A DNA stretch of 64,000 nt from Balanoglossus misakiensis (taxonomy: Eukaryota > Animalia > Hemichordata): contig CM082579.2 in the NCBI GenBank assembly GCA_040954595.2, positions 15,290,550 to 15,354,549 of the forward strand, read 5' to 3'. Below, one piece after another: positions 1-11,404 of this stretch (positions are counted from its first letter, which is position 1; each line of letters starts with the position of its first letter). Under the pieces are notes generated by a model. That model searched no databases. It was not told where the DNA came from and saw only the letters and a list, made by a program, of their open reading frames with translations. Made by a program: the position numbers and the translations under genes.

Positions 1-375
1 TACAAAAAAAAGTCTGAAGAAGGTATAATTGTGAAAATTTTCGGGTTATCTTTATTTGGTAAACGACCGTAATGAACGTAAACAGACCGGTCACCTGGAC
101 AACTGCTCGCGCGCGTGACGCACAGTGTTGACGTGACGTTGTCATATTTTTTCTACGTGTGTAACTAATAATCGTTTGTTTTCCAAATCAATCACCAAGA
201 TAAATCCTTTATTTATAAGACATGTCCGTGGCCATCAGAACCCCATGAATTTCGATGTTGACTACCGGTATGTCAAATCTCATGAAACCGGGCCCTGTAT
301 CGGGTTATGTTTGTTTACATTTTAAGGTCGCCATTTTCATGAACATAGTTCCGGGTATAAGCGCAAGAAATGATG

Positions 376-478
376 ACGTTTAGTGTGAAATATCACCGGT
401 GATATTTCACACTAAACGTGGTGATATTCACGTTAAACGTCACTAGGAGGAGGTGATATCAGCATGAGCATATGATAA
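376..478. mobile_element. Terminal region of a palindromic non-autonomous DNA element; contains a perfect 44-bp palindrome
   Basis: 376-419 reads acgtttagtgtgaaatatcacc|ggtgatatttcacactaaacgt, followed by degenerate sub-repeats and ending gcatatgataa next to the host exon. The other end would lie outside the window. Family not assigned. Confidence 0.5.
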
Positions 479-488
479 GGCTATTTAC

Positions 489-772
489 CAACAGGTGTGC
501 ATGGTGAACCAGAGTAACCAATTGGGCACCTGGTACTTCCACAAGCTGATGGCTGGATTTTGACCACACTACCCAATAACTCTTGATCCATTTCAACCCA
601 CATGACATGATTGCCAAGTGGACTTTGTGAACAGTTCAAAGCCAGACTCTGGATTTCAACAGGAGTCAATACATAATCGTATACATTCATCTGTGTAACA
701 TCACCATGGAAGCTAAAATAGTTGTCAAGGAGTCCATTTTCGTCATAGCTTTGACCAAGAATTACCATACAG
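489..772 (-). CDS. Internal exon: pentraxin/LamG C-terminal half plus EGF-like motif (SVEP1-like architecture)
   Basis: Acceptor ttcaacag|C (phase 2) and donor GTTG|gtaaat (phase 1). Translation ..MVILGQSYD..FSFHGDVTQMNVYDYVLTPVEIQSLALNCS..GNHVMW.. fits the pentraxin pattern (lGQ..F.G.i.q.nv.d.vL...eI..la.C..Gn...W), followed by CPIGYSGSPC. Confidence 0.88.
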
Positions 773-1175
773 CTGTTGAAAAACAAGAGAATAATGAATT
801 CATTAAAAGTGCTGGTAAGAAGTTGTCAAAAATAAACTGTGAAAATCAGTATCGTTCCGCATAAGTTTGAATTTGAAAGTGCCACGAAGATAGCTTTGCT
901 GATGTCCATAGTTTGCTCCCTTGATTTTTTTGGCCAGTTTTGTTGTAAGTCGCAACATGTTATGATGATATTGTATTGTCATGTAGGAGTAAGACAAGCT
1001 ACCTAGCAGATAAGTTATAAACAAGATAACTGCTTCACAAATAAATGGTTCACTTCTCTTGAGGCTTGGGAAAACTTGACAGTATAGGAAAATATAGAAT
1101 TTTAACATGTGATGATGACAATTTTCTATGGCTTTGTAGGAGTTAAAAATGTTCGGAGTTCCACTAGCAACTTAC

Positions 1176-1376
1176 TTTTCTGAGTCAGCGATACCTGTCC
1201 AGGATGGAAGGGGTGATGTTACTGCAACACCATTCAAGTAAACTGCCACAATGCCTTCTTCAATTACCATGACAACATTATGCCACGAGTTGTCATCAAC
1301 TGATACGGTTACACCATTTGTACTGACAGATAGACTTCTGTCCAGGACAAGAAGGGTACTATCAACTTGGGTTAAG
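1176..1376 (-). CDS. Internal exon: pentraxin/LamG N-terminal/central part, same gene
   Basis: Acceptor ttcttggcag|C and donor GAAAA|gtaagt; 201 nt, phase 2-2. Joins in frame to the 489-772 exon (AA+C=Asn). Contains DDNSWHNVVMVIEEGIVAVYLNG, the LamG/pentraxin D..WH.v.v....G.v.vY.nG motif. Confidence 0.88.
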
Positions 1377-1612
1377 CTGCCAAGAAATTCAAAACAGAGA
1401 TTAGACATAAATCGGTGCATCAGCTGGTACTTTTGGGAAATTATCACACTTTTTTCAAACTGCGCCACCTTTAGCCCATACAGAAGTATGCACTGAACTA
1501 TGTACAAGTATTATGAACCCTAAGTATGAGTGCATATGCAAGTTTAAACCAGACAAATAATAAATCTTCGCCGCAAAGGAATATGGTCGCCACCGTGAGA
1601 AAATGCAAAATA

Positions 1613-3530
1613 CAATTAAACTTGCAAGCAGCGTTGGCGGGGCACAAGCGGTTCCCATGGTAACAAGCAAATGCCAAGGCTGTATCTGCTGTGGATACCA
1701 AGATATTGGAAAGTAGGTCAAAGGTCACCTGAGGTCACCCCAAATTTGGGCAAAAAAATCAGACCCCATACTAGTCTAGGTCCAACAAAAACCAAACACC
1801 TAGCTCTATTGGTTCGCCTAGAATTAGGTATGCGCATAATTAATGAGGTCTTGTGTAAGACTCCATATCTGCTCCATCGGCCCTCCAAAAGCCAGGACTC
1901 TAACTGCTGTGGATGCTGAGATATGGGAAATTAGATCAAAGGTCATCCAAGGTCACCCAAAATTTGGGCATAAAATTTTGACCCCAGAGTGGGCCATGTC
2001 CAACTAAAACCAGACCTCTAGCCCTATTGGTTAGCCTGGAATTAGATATGCAGAAAAATGATGTTTCAGAAATAGGTCAAGGGTCATTGCCGAAATTACC
2101 AAAATAGTTGTGTCATGTCCTGGCAGCATTGGTACCCATGTCCACAAAATTCATGACTGTGGTGCTTTTACAAGAGGAGGTATGGGGATATGCATATATA
2201 ATTAGTTGTTTTAAAACTGGGTCAAAGGTCATGTCAAAATTGCCCCGAAAAATTGTAACAACTTCCGGTCATATGATGACTCATATCCAAAAAAAAGAAT
2301 TTACGTGCTGTCAACATTTTGGCTACAAAACAGAATTTTCATTTTTCAATGGTTTTCCGAAAATCCAACATGGCCGCCATAATGATCGACCAATCACAGT
2401 GCGCTTCGCAAACTTGATAAACATAGGTTAGGTGACCACATACCCCGAATCCTGTGACTCGGCAATCGCTGGTTCTGGAGAAGAAGATTTTTAAAGTTTT
2501 AAGTAGTTTTTCAGAAAAACAATTGTAGCAAAATGATGGACAGAAGGTAGGCTACCTGCACACCAAATTTGAACTCGATCGGCCCAGTAGTTTTTGAGAA
2601 GGACTCGTTTAACGATTGTCAGGAAATGCAATATGGCCGCCAGGTCACGTGACTAATTAAATATTCACGAGCCACTGCACGTCTACTCATTGGCCCCTAT
2701 CACCCTACCAAGTTTCAGCCCCCAAGGTGCAGCGGTTTTCAAGATCTACCTGGCCGAATTTCTCGGAAGAAGAAGAAGAAGAAGAAGAATTAAAGCTGCG
2801 AGCAGCATTGTTGGGCCCAAGCGCTGATCTTGAATTATATATGCACAGTATGAATGAGAAGAAACAGAATTTTCTATCGGATGTATTATCTCATGACATA
2901 ACAAGGATGTGTGTATTTTTGCTGCTGAAATAGGGTGAAGTAGGTCAAAGGTCACCTGAGGTCACCCAACATTTGGGCAATTTTTTTTTACCCATACTTT
3001 TGACCCCAGAGTGGGCCATGTCCAACAAAAACCAAAACTCTAGCTCTATTGGTTCGCCTGTAATTAGGTATGTGCATAATTAATGAGGTCAGCAGAGGTC
3101 AAAGGGGTCATGAAAAGTAGCAAAATATTTTGATCACACACTAATCCACATTCATCAAAAACCAAACCTCTAGCCCTATAGGTTAGCCTGGAATTAGATA
3201 TGCAGAAATAATAACGCGTGATAATTAGGTCAAAGGTCATGTGAAAAATCGCCAAAAAATTGTTATATATTTTAGTCACATGACGATTGATATCCATAAA
3301 AAGAATTTGTATGCTATCAATTTTTGGACTAGAAAAAGGAATTTCAATTTTTCTCTGTTTTTTACAAAATCCAATATGGCCGCCATAATCTTCGACCAAT
3401 CACAATGCTCTTTGCAAACTTGATAGACATCAGTGTAGTGACCATACTCCCCGAATCTTGCGACTCAGTCATCGCTCGTTCTGGAGTAGAAGATTTTTGG
3501 AGTTTAACTATGGTTTTACAAAAAAACAAT
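1613..3530 (+). mobile_element. Tandem/nested non-autonomous repeat units, Helentron(HINE/DINE)-like
   Basis: Recurrent modules aggtcaaaggtca..., aaaaccaaa..tctagc(c/t)ctattggtt..cctggaattag(a/g)tatgc. Unit junction is (GAA)n at 2766-2789 followed by aaagctgcgagcagcattgttgggcccaagcg; related heads at ~1625 and ~7825. Related modules recur at 36.8-37.0 kb and 52-53 kb. Superfamily is inference. Confidence 0.55.
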
Positions 3531-3933
3531 AAACCCGCTGTACCTCCGCATGTCTCCACAAGAGCTAGGAGCTCAAAATCGAACGGACGCAGACCAGCGG
3601 TCTGTCAGGTGTAGTAACCGTAACACCAATAAAGGTAGGTTTTCATTGATTCTAATAGGTCTCCGTTCATCAACATTTCAAATATTCTCCATAATCCAGT
3701 AGTTGCCACTGTACTTGAATGAAATATTTCCTTTCAAACTTCCAAATGGTAACCGAATCTCAAATCGCAAATCTTTCCATTTTAATAACGAAGTCGGATG
3801 CCGAAATTACCAACTCACTTTTTCTATCGGACTCCATCATTCTAATACTTTACTTCAATGTTCAAAAATTGTGTAAAGCAATATCCACTCTCAATCTATA
3901 TTTCAGGTTTAACGGCGTAATGGCATCCCCGGC

Positions 3934-4186
3934 CTTTGCTCTATCATAGAGGCAAATGGTATTATCTCTTCCAGTGGAAAAGTTGCGGAGCTGTATGTAT
4001 TCTCCCTTCTGTAATCTGTTCAGCCACTTCGGATTTTCTTTCCAGAATTTAAGTTCCAGAACGTTGCCATCGTGCTGCATACAAGGCACGCTAAACAGTT
4101 TCCCGTTGGCGGAATTCCGGATCTCGACATCCTCCATGACGCGCAATTTCACAGCCATGCCTTGGCTGGTTGCAGATGATGGAGCT
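3934..4186 (-). pseudogene. Inverted exon 1 of the OB-fold gene (copy A)
   Basis: Minus-strand ORF SQGMAVKLRVMEDVEIRNSANGKLFSVPCMQHDGNVLELKFWKENPKWLNRLQKGEYIQLRNFSTGRDNTICLYDRAK is nearly identical to the exon at 20890-21159 but is flipped relative to its own ATG and intron 1. Confidence 0.8.
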
Positions 4187-5076
4187 AAGGTATGTAACAA
4201 TCGCACCCCGAAACGCCTGGGCCCTTTTTTGTGTGTAGTCATTGTGGGTATGTTAACCTCCCATGTCCTACATTTTTAGAAATTTAGTATACAAAACTGG
4301 ATGACCGATTATGTTTTAGAGACCTTTCCCGAATCCACCTGAAGCCCAGTCGGAATGTCTTGGGATGTAACCTAAATTCAATATGGCCGCCTCCATGCGT
4401 TCACTTGCATTTGAAAATACGTTGATTTTATCGTCGATTAGCGGTGTTTATTCTTAGTATCAATTTAAACGCGGCACTCGCTCACAAGTCATATTCTAGA
4501 AAGAAAGAAAAAATGATAGTTTCGAGTACAGATTACATGTATTTTAAAACGAGGTTTGGTAACAATGGTATCACTACTAAATGACTTACAATCGATGTTT
4601 TTAATTGTCTTTGCACCACAGTATGAATCCGGTGATGGTAAATCGCATTCAACTTAGAAGGCATGGAGAAAGCGCAACTGATGGTAACTGGGATGCCAAA
4701 CTGAAACTTTTGGGAGAGAAAACCTTGCCATGTATGGACGTGGGTGTCACAGTTAAACTTGGGTTAAATACTACAGCGACAACCGAAGTCCCGTTGAGAT
4801 ATGATATGTGGTAGTGCATGTCCACATGAGTGCCGTGTACTAGCCTCTCTCTCTGTAAATCCATCCAGGCTACTGCTTTCTGTACATTGGAGAGAAATGA
4901 GAACAAGATGGTTAAATCATATTTTGTATAAGTTGGTGTTGACGAAAATAAGATGCATGTGAATTGTAGGACTGAAATGTTTCTGTAATGAATACTAAAT
5001 TAAAAGTTCACAACTTGCATGCAGATAGTAAGTGCTGGGGAAGTTGCAGGGTGGAGATTGCTTTGGTTTAGTTAAC

Positions 5077-5227
5077 TTACTCAATCTTTGTGACTGTTGC
5101 ATTTCTTGATTGATAGAGTAGTGTACATGCATTGGCAGGTTTTCTAATATGGCCTCCTCTGTACCCAAGGTCTGGCATAAGGTGGGACACTGTAAGTATT
5201 TGCCGTCTGACACAGAAGATGCCACTT
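5077..5227 (-). pseudogene. Terminal exon 5 of the OB-fold gene
   Basis: Acceptor ttttttttctag|A (phase 2, compatible with exon 4); open to TAA, reading ..SGIFCV..RNATVTKIE*. An alternative frame (LGTEEAILENLPMHVHY) suggests compensating frameshifts. Confidence 0.5.
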
Positions 5228-5336
5228 CTAGAAAAAAATAAAAAGGACAGAATGTGATTGGTAAGACACAGAGACGTGAACATGTACACAAAATGATAGG
5301 AAATTGGTGGAAGCAAGTACTGCAGTTAATACTTAC

Positions 5337-5401
5337 TCATCTATGTCTATTCCCTCAAATATCCCTTCTACCATATCATCACCATTTGGTTCTTTTAACA
5401 C
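5337..5401 (-). pseudogene. Exon 4 of the OB-fold gene
   Basis: taag|GTGTTAAAAGAACCA...GATGA|gtaagt encodes VLKEPNGDDMVEGIFEGIDID(E), phase 0-2. A diverged copy at ~14809-14880 follows exon 3 in natural order on the minus strand. Confidence 0.6.
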
Positions 5402-6299
5402 CTTAGGGAAAAATTGAGAGTTACATTAGAAGCACCGACAATAGGAGGGGGGGGGTAAGGTTTGCAGAGAACAGGTTTTTTTATGAACATTTGTGAAAAT
5501 CAGAAATTAGTGACATGTAGGATTTCAATTTTATGATGTAACATTGTTTTCTTTTCAACATCAGTTCTCTGAGTAAAAAGATGGCCATGTAAATTTTCTC
5601 TAAGTTTGTTAGAGAAATAAAGTACATGTACAACTTTAGTGTTTCACTAATTGAGTTTCAGTGTTCTTGTATTGTCTCCTTTGCCCCATGTCAACCTCAA
5701 AGTAAATATCAAATTTGCCATTTTTGACTTATTTGTCCTTGTAGTGGGCCACATAGCATTTTAGTGCAACTTATGAAAATCTGAAGAACCAAATGCCTAA
5801 TTTACCCACTCTGCACAGATTTATTTCAATGGTACTGACTTGATGATCGGTATAGCGCCCTCTGTGGTAGGGGGTGGGGGTTAACCTAGCCTTTATATGT
5901 TTATCCCTGTCCGGTTCCATTCCAATTGTATCTATGGTAACCTTATTATCAGCAGTAAATGCCACAATTGCAAAACAGCAATAATTTTAGTATCAAGCAC
6001 TCTGTGGAATTAAATATACCCTGTGTATTCTTTGTTTCCCATTAGTAATCATGCAACTTTGCCATTTTGGGCCTTCTGATTTGCTGTATGTGCTCACTAG
6101 TCCTTCCCAACGTCTCTGAATTAGAAGGCCATTATCATTTGTATAGTGTAGACACATTTCATTTTAGTACAACTGATGAAAGTCTCGTGAAAAACCAAAT
6201 GCTTAATTTACCCACTGTGCAAAGATTATCTGAATGATATTGTGTTGATCGTCATATAGTATAGCGCCCTCTGCGATAGTATTTGGATGATTGTGCCAG

Positions 6300-6470
6300 G
6301 GAGAAGGGGGTACTGAGGGAGCAGATGCAGATGACAGCAAGGCATATCCACTGAACAATGAGACGGTACGTGTTGTCAGCATTCAGGGAGAGTAAAAAGG
6401 GGAGCGCAAGAGACCAGGATGAAGAGACGAGCAGTATTGCATCATCTGTGGAAAAAAATGCCAAGAGAAG
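6300..6470 (+). pseudogene. Degenerate purine-rich exon ending in a CxxC (possible PHD/RING finger start)
   Basis: gccag|GGAGAAGGG...GAGAAG|gtaagt reads GEGGTEGADADDSKAY...*...*RDEQYCIICGKKCQEK, with two in-frame stops. Confidence 0.35.
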
Positions 6471-6585
6471 GTAAGTGTGGAAGACAAGCACTTAGGGGTT
6501 ATAAACAAATGTTTTTTTGTGGACAGTTTTAGTATCAAGCATTGTGGAATTAAATATACACAGTGTGTGTTGTGTGTTAGATAGG

Positions 6586-6605
6586 TACATACATACATAC
6601 ATACA

Positions 6606-6639
<34 letters not shown>

Positions 6640-6742
6640 CATACATACATACATACATACATACATACATGCATGCATACATAGATACATAGATACATAC
6701 ATACATACATACATACATACATACATACATACATACATACAT
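6586..6742. repeat. (TACA)n microsatellite
   Basis: Directly visible. With its flank (6550-6585) it is the reverse complement of 8620-8755. Confidence 0.97.
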
Positions 6743-8513
6743 GCATGCGCCCTGTATTGACCAAATACCGTCGTGCAAGCTCATGTACAAGCTATTTCTT
6801 TATGCCTGAACAAAAATTGACCAAATTCTACTGTTTATTATGATTCATTCTTCGAAACAATTCATCTTCTTGCCATATTTTATTTGTTCATATAACACAT
6901 TTTGAAGAAAAGTTGTACAAAGACTACAATATACTAATGGGCTATATTCTCAAAACAGATATATTACCACAAATACTACTAGGAATTGTGTAGTGGTTTC
7001 TTTCTCACTATAAGACATATGATATCTGATATCAACCATACAAACAATATCAATCTTCTTACACACATACATACATTCATACTTACACAAAAAGCATAAA
7101 ACTCCAATTTATTTTATATAGCCTTATATTAATTTATTTCAATTGTGAAAATAGACACACATACAAAAAAGAACAGAAAAAACAATCACAGTATCTGGTT
7201 TATGAAATAAAAAAGACCAAACAAGCAATTGCTTCCGAAATAACATATTCCACATTCTGTCACAAATTGAGCAAATTCCAGTAAAATCAACCCCAAGGAC
7301 CTACACACTAAATTTCAAAGTAATTGTACAAAGAATTTAACTAAACACAACTAAAATTGATCAAAAATTACACATTTCACCACAATTTACATAAACTCTA
7401 CCAACTTCACCCTAGGAACCTGCATACTAAATTTCAAAGTAATTGGCCCCTTGGTTTCAGTAAAGAAAAGTGACAGACAGTGACACCACTCACCCAATAA
7501 GACAATCACCCAATCTAATAAGCTCAACATAACTGACAACACAGCTAAACAGATCACCGACATTATAAATACAATTGTGTACATTTCACAAATGACAATA
7601 TTAGCCTTTTAGTCACCTCTGACTCTAATGTAAAGTACATTATGGTAACTGTTCATTGAAATGTTTCTGGGAAATGTTTACTAAGGCTATTTAATATCTT
7701 CTAGTTTTTTTTTATAACACATGGTTTCTCTTGCAATTCCTCTTTCAGTAAACAGGATAAACTTTCTACACCATTACACTTATATGCTACTGCCAAATGG
7801 AAGTAATCTAATCCTGTAGTAGCTATAAAGCAGCATTGTCAGGGCCCAAGCAACATGATGAAAAAAGGTGAAAGCACACGTTATAGTTACTCAAACTTTT
7901 ACCAGAAAATTTTGATAGATCATATTGGTTCACGTCCAAGCAAATCAGACTTCTAACCATATTGGTTAGCTTACAATTTGATAAGTATATAAATTAAAGG
8001 GACCCTTTTCCATTAATTATGTTTGATGCAAGACACCATTTATGTTAATGTACATGTGGATATATAGTGAATCAACATTCAACAACACACACTGCTTGTA
8101 GACACGAGAGTGAAAAATCTTGCCAAAATGAATAATTGGTCTTTACCATTTATTCATTTTGGGCGAGTTTTTACTGTCATATCCTACAAACGGGATAGAA
8201 GCTGTGTGTGGTCGAACGTTGATTCACTATATATCCACATTAACAGTCTCTTGTATCACACATAATTATTAAAAAAGGGCAGCAAAGAGACTTTCTGCCT
8301 TTAATAAGCTAATAAAAGTGTTAGACTGCATTGGCTGCTCTATAATACCATATAGCAATGCAGTAACTCCTGTGGATGCCAATTTCTGACTCTCTGTTAT
8401 TTCTCACATGCATTTGTGAATTTTTATTGAAATAAAAAAACTGGTGTGTTGAATATGTCAGTGAGTGAATGTGCAATTGGACAGTGTGTTGGCAGTTAGT
8501 GGAGATAAAACAA

Positions 8514-8585
8514 TCCTCATGGTGTAATGGTTAACACACTTGTCACTTTGTGATAAGAGATCCTGGTTCGATTCCTGGTGAGGAT
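8514..8585 (+). other. tRNA-derived sequence (SINE-like head / pseudo-tRNA), copy 1
   Basis: TCCTCAT-GGTGTAATGGTTAACAC-A-CTTGTCA-CTTTG-TGATAAG-AGAT-CCTGGTTCGATTCCTGG-TGAGGA. It has an A box, a B box GGTTCGATTCC and pairing acceptor/D stems, but an aberrant 7-bp anticodon stem with a 5-nt loop. Followed by (TATG)n. Confidence 0.75.
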
Positions 8586-8619
8586 GATAAAAAAGGAGTC
8601 CATTTGCTGTGTGTTTTCC

Positions 8620-8720
8620 ATGTATGTATGTATGTACGTATGTATGTATGTATGTACGTATGTATGTACGTATGTATGTATGTATGTATGTATGTATGTA
8701 TGTATGTATGTATGTATGTA
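8620..8720. repeat. (TATG)n microsatellite
   Basis: Directly visible. Confidence 0.97.
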
Positions 8721-11170
8721 CCTATCTAACACACAACACACACTGTGTATATTTGTTGGGCATTTTGGTTTTCTACCACATATCTCAGTAGTTTCCATGC
8801 CATAGTGACTCTTCAGTTTTACATAATGATATCCAATATAACCCAATCTACTATTAATGCGATTTTTTTTTCATTTTGATTGTGGAAATGGTTAAAAATG
8901 AAAAACATCTGAATTTGTACTTTAATAAATATAAGCTATATAGTATTTTAAAATGGTCATAAATTTATGTTAACATGGCAAAACATGTTTTAGTGTTTAT
9001 GTATACTTGTTTAATATAGAGAAATAATTGTACAAATAAAATGACAACTTACTTTTGCTTTTAAAAATAATTAAAAATGGTAATGTTTCTTGAGATATAC
9101 CAGGGTTTCTAGAATATAGAGGGCGCTGGCACGGGAACATTTGATGGTTGTCCCCAATACAACATTCTGGTATCATGTTTTATCATCTGTGGACATTTGG
9201 CGGCGATATCCAACAGGATGTGCATAACATCCCGAGAAGGTCTTCTCGTTGTATTGCTTCTTGAGATATTGAAACTGTCTTGAATCCCAACGCAAATGTG
9301 ATGGTGATGCGTATGTTGTTGCACGTAGTCACATCCGAAAACGAATCAAGTGCTCTTGTTGTTCAGCAGCTGAATATAGGTTAGTGGGATATGTGTATAT
9401 TCTCGTGGTTATTTTTAAATGAGTATAAATGACAGAATCGGTGGTTTGAACGTGTAAGAGTTGATGGTATTGGTTATGTAGTTGTGTTTTATCCAATGGT
9501 AGTGTGATTTTAATTGTGTATGAGGCGATGGCAGTTTTGTCAGGCTTTTTTATTTTCGTGTCGAGCGACATCCAATATGGCGGTTGTCGTTATATACTGA
9601 AAGGGTGTCGTTTGTATGCATGTTTTGGCAAATTGTATATATGTTAAGATGGTGAAGTTTGCTTGAAGGAATAGAAACATCAGAGGCTGGGTACATCGGA
9701 GTTTCTATTTCATTCCATACAAGTTGAAATTAAGCTTATTTTTGGAGTGTATACAGGTACATATGATTATTTAGAAACGGTTTTAGGCAAGCGAATCTGC
9801 TGAATTCGGGCGATCGGTCTTGTATCGTGTGTATGAAACGTACAAGCAGTGGTAGGATATTATTTTGGGATGTGTACTTCAATAGTTTCCATGTCTCTTA
9901 TATGTATTTGTCAAAAAATAAACAGTAGTAAAAATGGATTGTATTTTCCATTATTTTTTCTGTTAATATTGTATGTTTACATGACCAAAAGCCTTAAGGT
10001 TTTCATTGGAATTTATATCAGGGTAATCAATTTGTTTTTGATAATTATTTGCTTCAAATATGGAACAATCTGTGTGAGTACATAACAGAAACATTGCTAG
10101 ATAATTTGACATTTGAATTGTTCGTAAGAATGTGAGGACAAGCATAGAATTGGCCAAATTATGCTGGTGACCACTCTGTTTAGTGTGTATGCTTTCTATA
10201 GTCGTGACAGGCATGTTAAAAACATAGACAATGAAATCTGGTTGGAGCATGAAAAGTAGAGTTGACTTGTTAACATATTTTGATGCCATGAAACCATTTT
10301 GTGGACAGGACAATTTATGTGACCAAGAATTGATTTTCTGAATATCACAAGGTTGATAGTGAATTCATTGTAATTTGTTGTCCTGTTTAAGTAGTGGGGT
10401 TATTGTAAAAAAATCATCATTCGCTATCTTGTACTTGGAGTGATGTCATCTCGACATTGATACATTATGGCTATTGAGAGGTGTGTGTTATGCAGGCAAG
10501 TGTATATCTTGATGTACTTGTTTAAATACACAATTATACTTAATGATTTAATTTAAAAGTTTTGTTTATTTTCTTGACAGTTTTGGCTACCAAAGAGTTC
10601 TCAAGGTGAGTGTTGGTGTACATCAGTGCAAAGTATCATGTACAAACTAAGAGATCAACACACTCAAATGTGTATTGTGTCGTGTACGAATTAGTTTCGT
10701 AAATCATTTGTAGATAACGTGTTTAGTTTTGTGGTAAGTGACACTGAGGTTTCAGATCGGATAGGATGATTGTCCAGTGCCATGCATTGTGTGTTAACAT
10801 GTGAAAGCACTAGCCTAATTTGTTTGAAATTTGGTATTCAGGGATGATGTAAGAAAAAATAATTTTAACAGTTCATAGAATCAGTGTTTATTAATACTTC
10901 AAAAAGGTATGTGACTTGAATGTGTGCAGTACATCATTGTGCTATGTGGTGTTAACACCATTGAATAGTGCCATTACTTACAGCAATCTTACAGCAATGG
11001 CTTCAGTAAAACATTGAGTATGATTTGTGTGATTCCTGATACCCCTGTCGTGTCATTTGTGATGTTTTACTGTGTACTTTTTGAAATAAAGAAACTGGTG
11101 TGTTAGTTGAATATGTCAGTGAGTGAATGTGCAATTGGACAGTGTGTTGGCAGTTAGTGGAGATAAAAAA

Positions 11171-11242
11171 TCGTCATGGTGTAATGGTTAACACACTTGT
11201 CACTTTGTGATAAGAGATCCAGGTTCGATTCCTGGTGGGGAT
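11171..11242 (+). other. tRNA-derived sequence, copy 2
   Basis: Part of a ~200-bp direct repeat (8425-8620 vs 11080-11275). T-arm CCAGG-TTCGATT-CCTGG pairs perfectly. Confidence 0.75.
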
Positions 11243-11404
11243 GATGAAAAAAAGAGTCCATTAGCTGTGTGTTTGAGTATGAGTGTAATATATGTATGTA
11301 CGTATTTATGCATGTATGTATGTAGCCAGCAAACATACAAAACATATTGTGTATATTCAATTCCATACAGTGTTTGATAATAAATATGTTGTTGTTTTAC
11401 AATT

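Larger units (their letters stand above)
3533..6290 (+). pseudogene. Copy A of a multi-exon tandem OB-fold protein gene, with two internal inversions
   Basis: Upstream region and ATGGCATCCCCGGC (3920) match copy C (20.5-20.9 kb). The exon-1 body (3934-4186) is inverted, a degenerate exon 3 lies at 4622-~4795 (+), and the block 4805-5550 carrying exons 4-5 is inverted. 3533-3915, 3934-4800 and 5555-6290 are reverse complements of 16412-16800, 15055-15950 and 13075-13690. Confidence 0.75.

Noticed and set aside
6383-6790. MYVC/CMY-repeat ORFs (also 8517-8846, 34981-35338, 49032-49260)
   Set aside because: Translations of (TACA/TATG/CA)n microsatellites.
8514-8585. Functional tRNA-Gln(TTG) gene
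   Set aside because: Non-canonical anticodon arm (7-bp stem, 5-nt loop), a T-stem mismatch in this copy, no T-run terminator, and embedded in a repeat.
9101-9140. cagggtttct.. as the TIR of a hAT-like element
   Set aside because: No matching inverted terminus or TSD found nearby.
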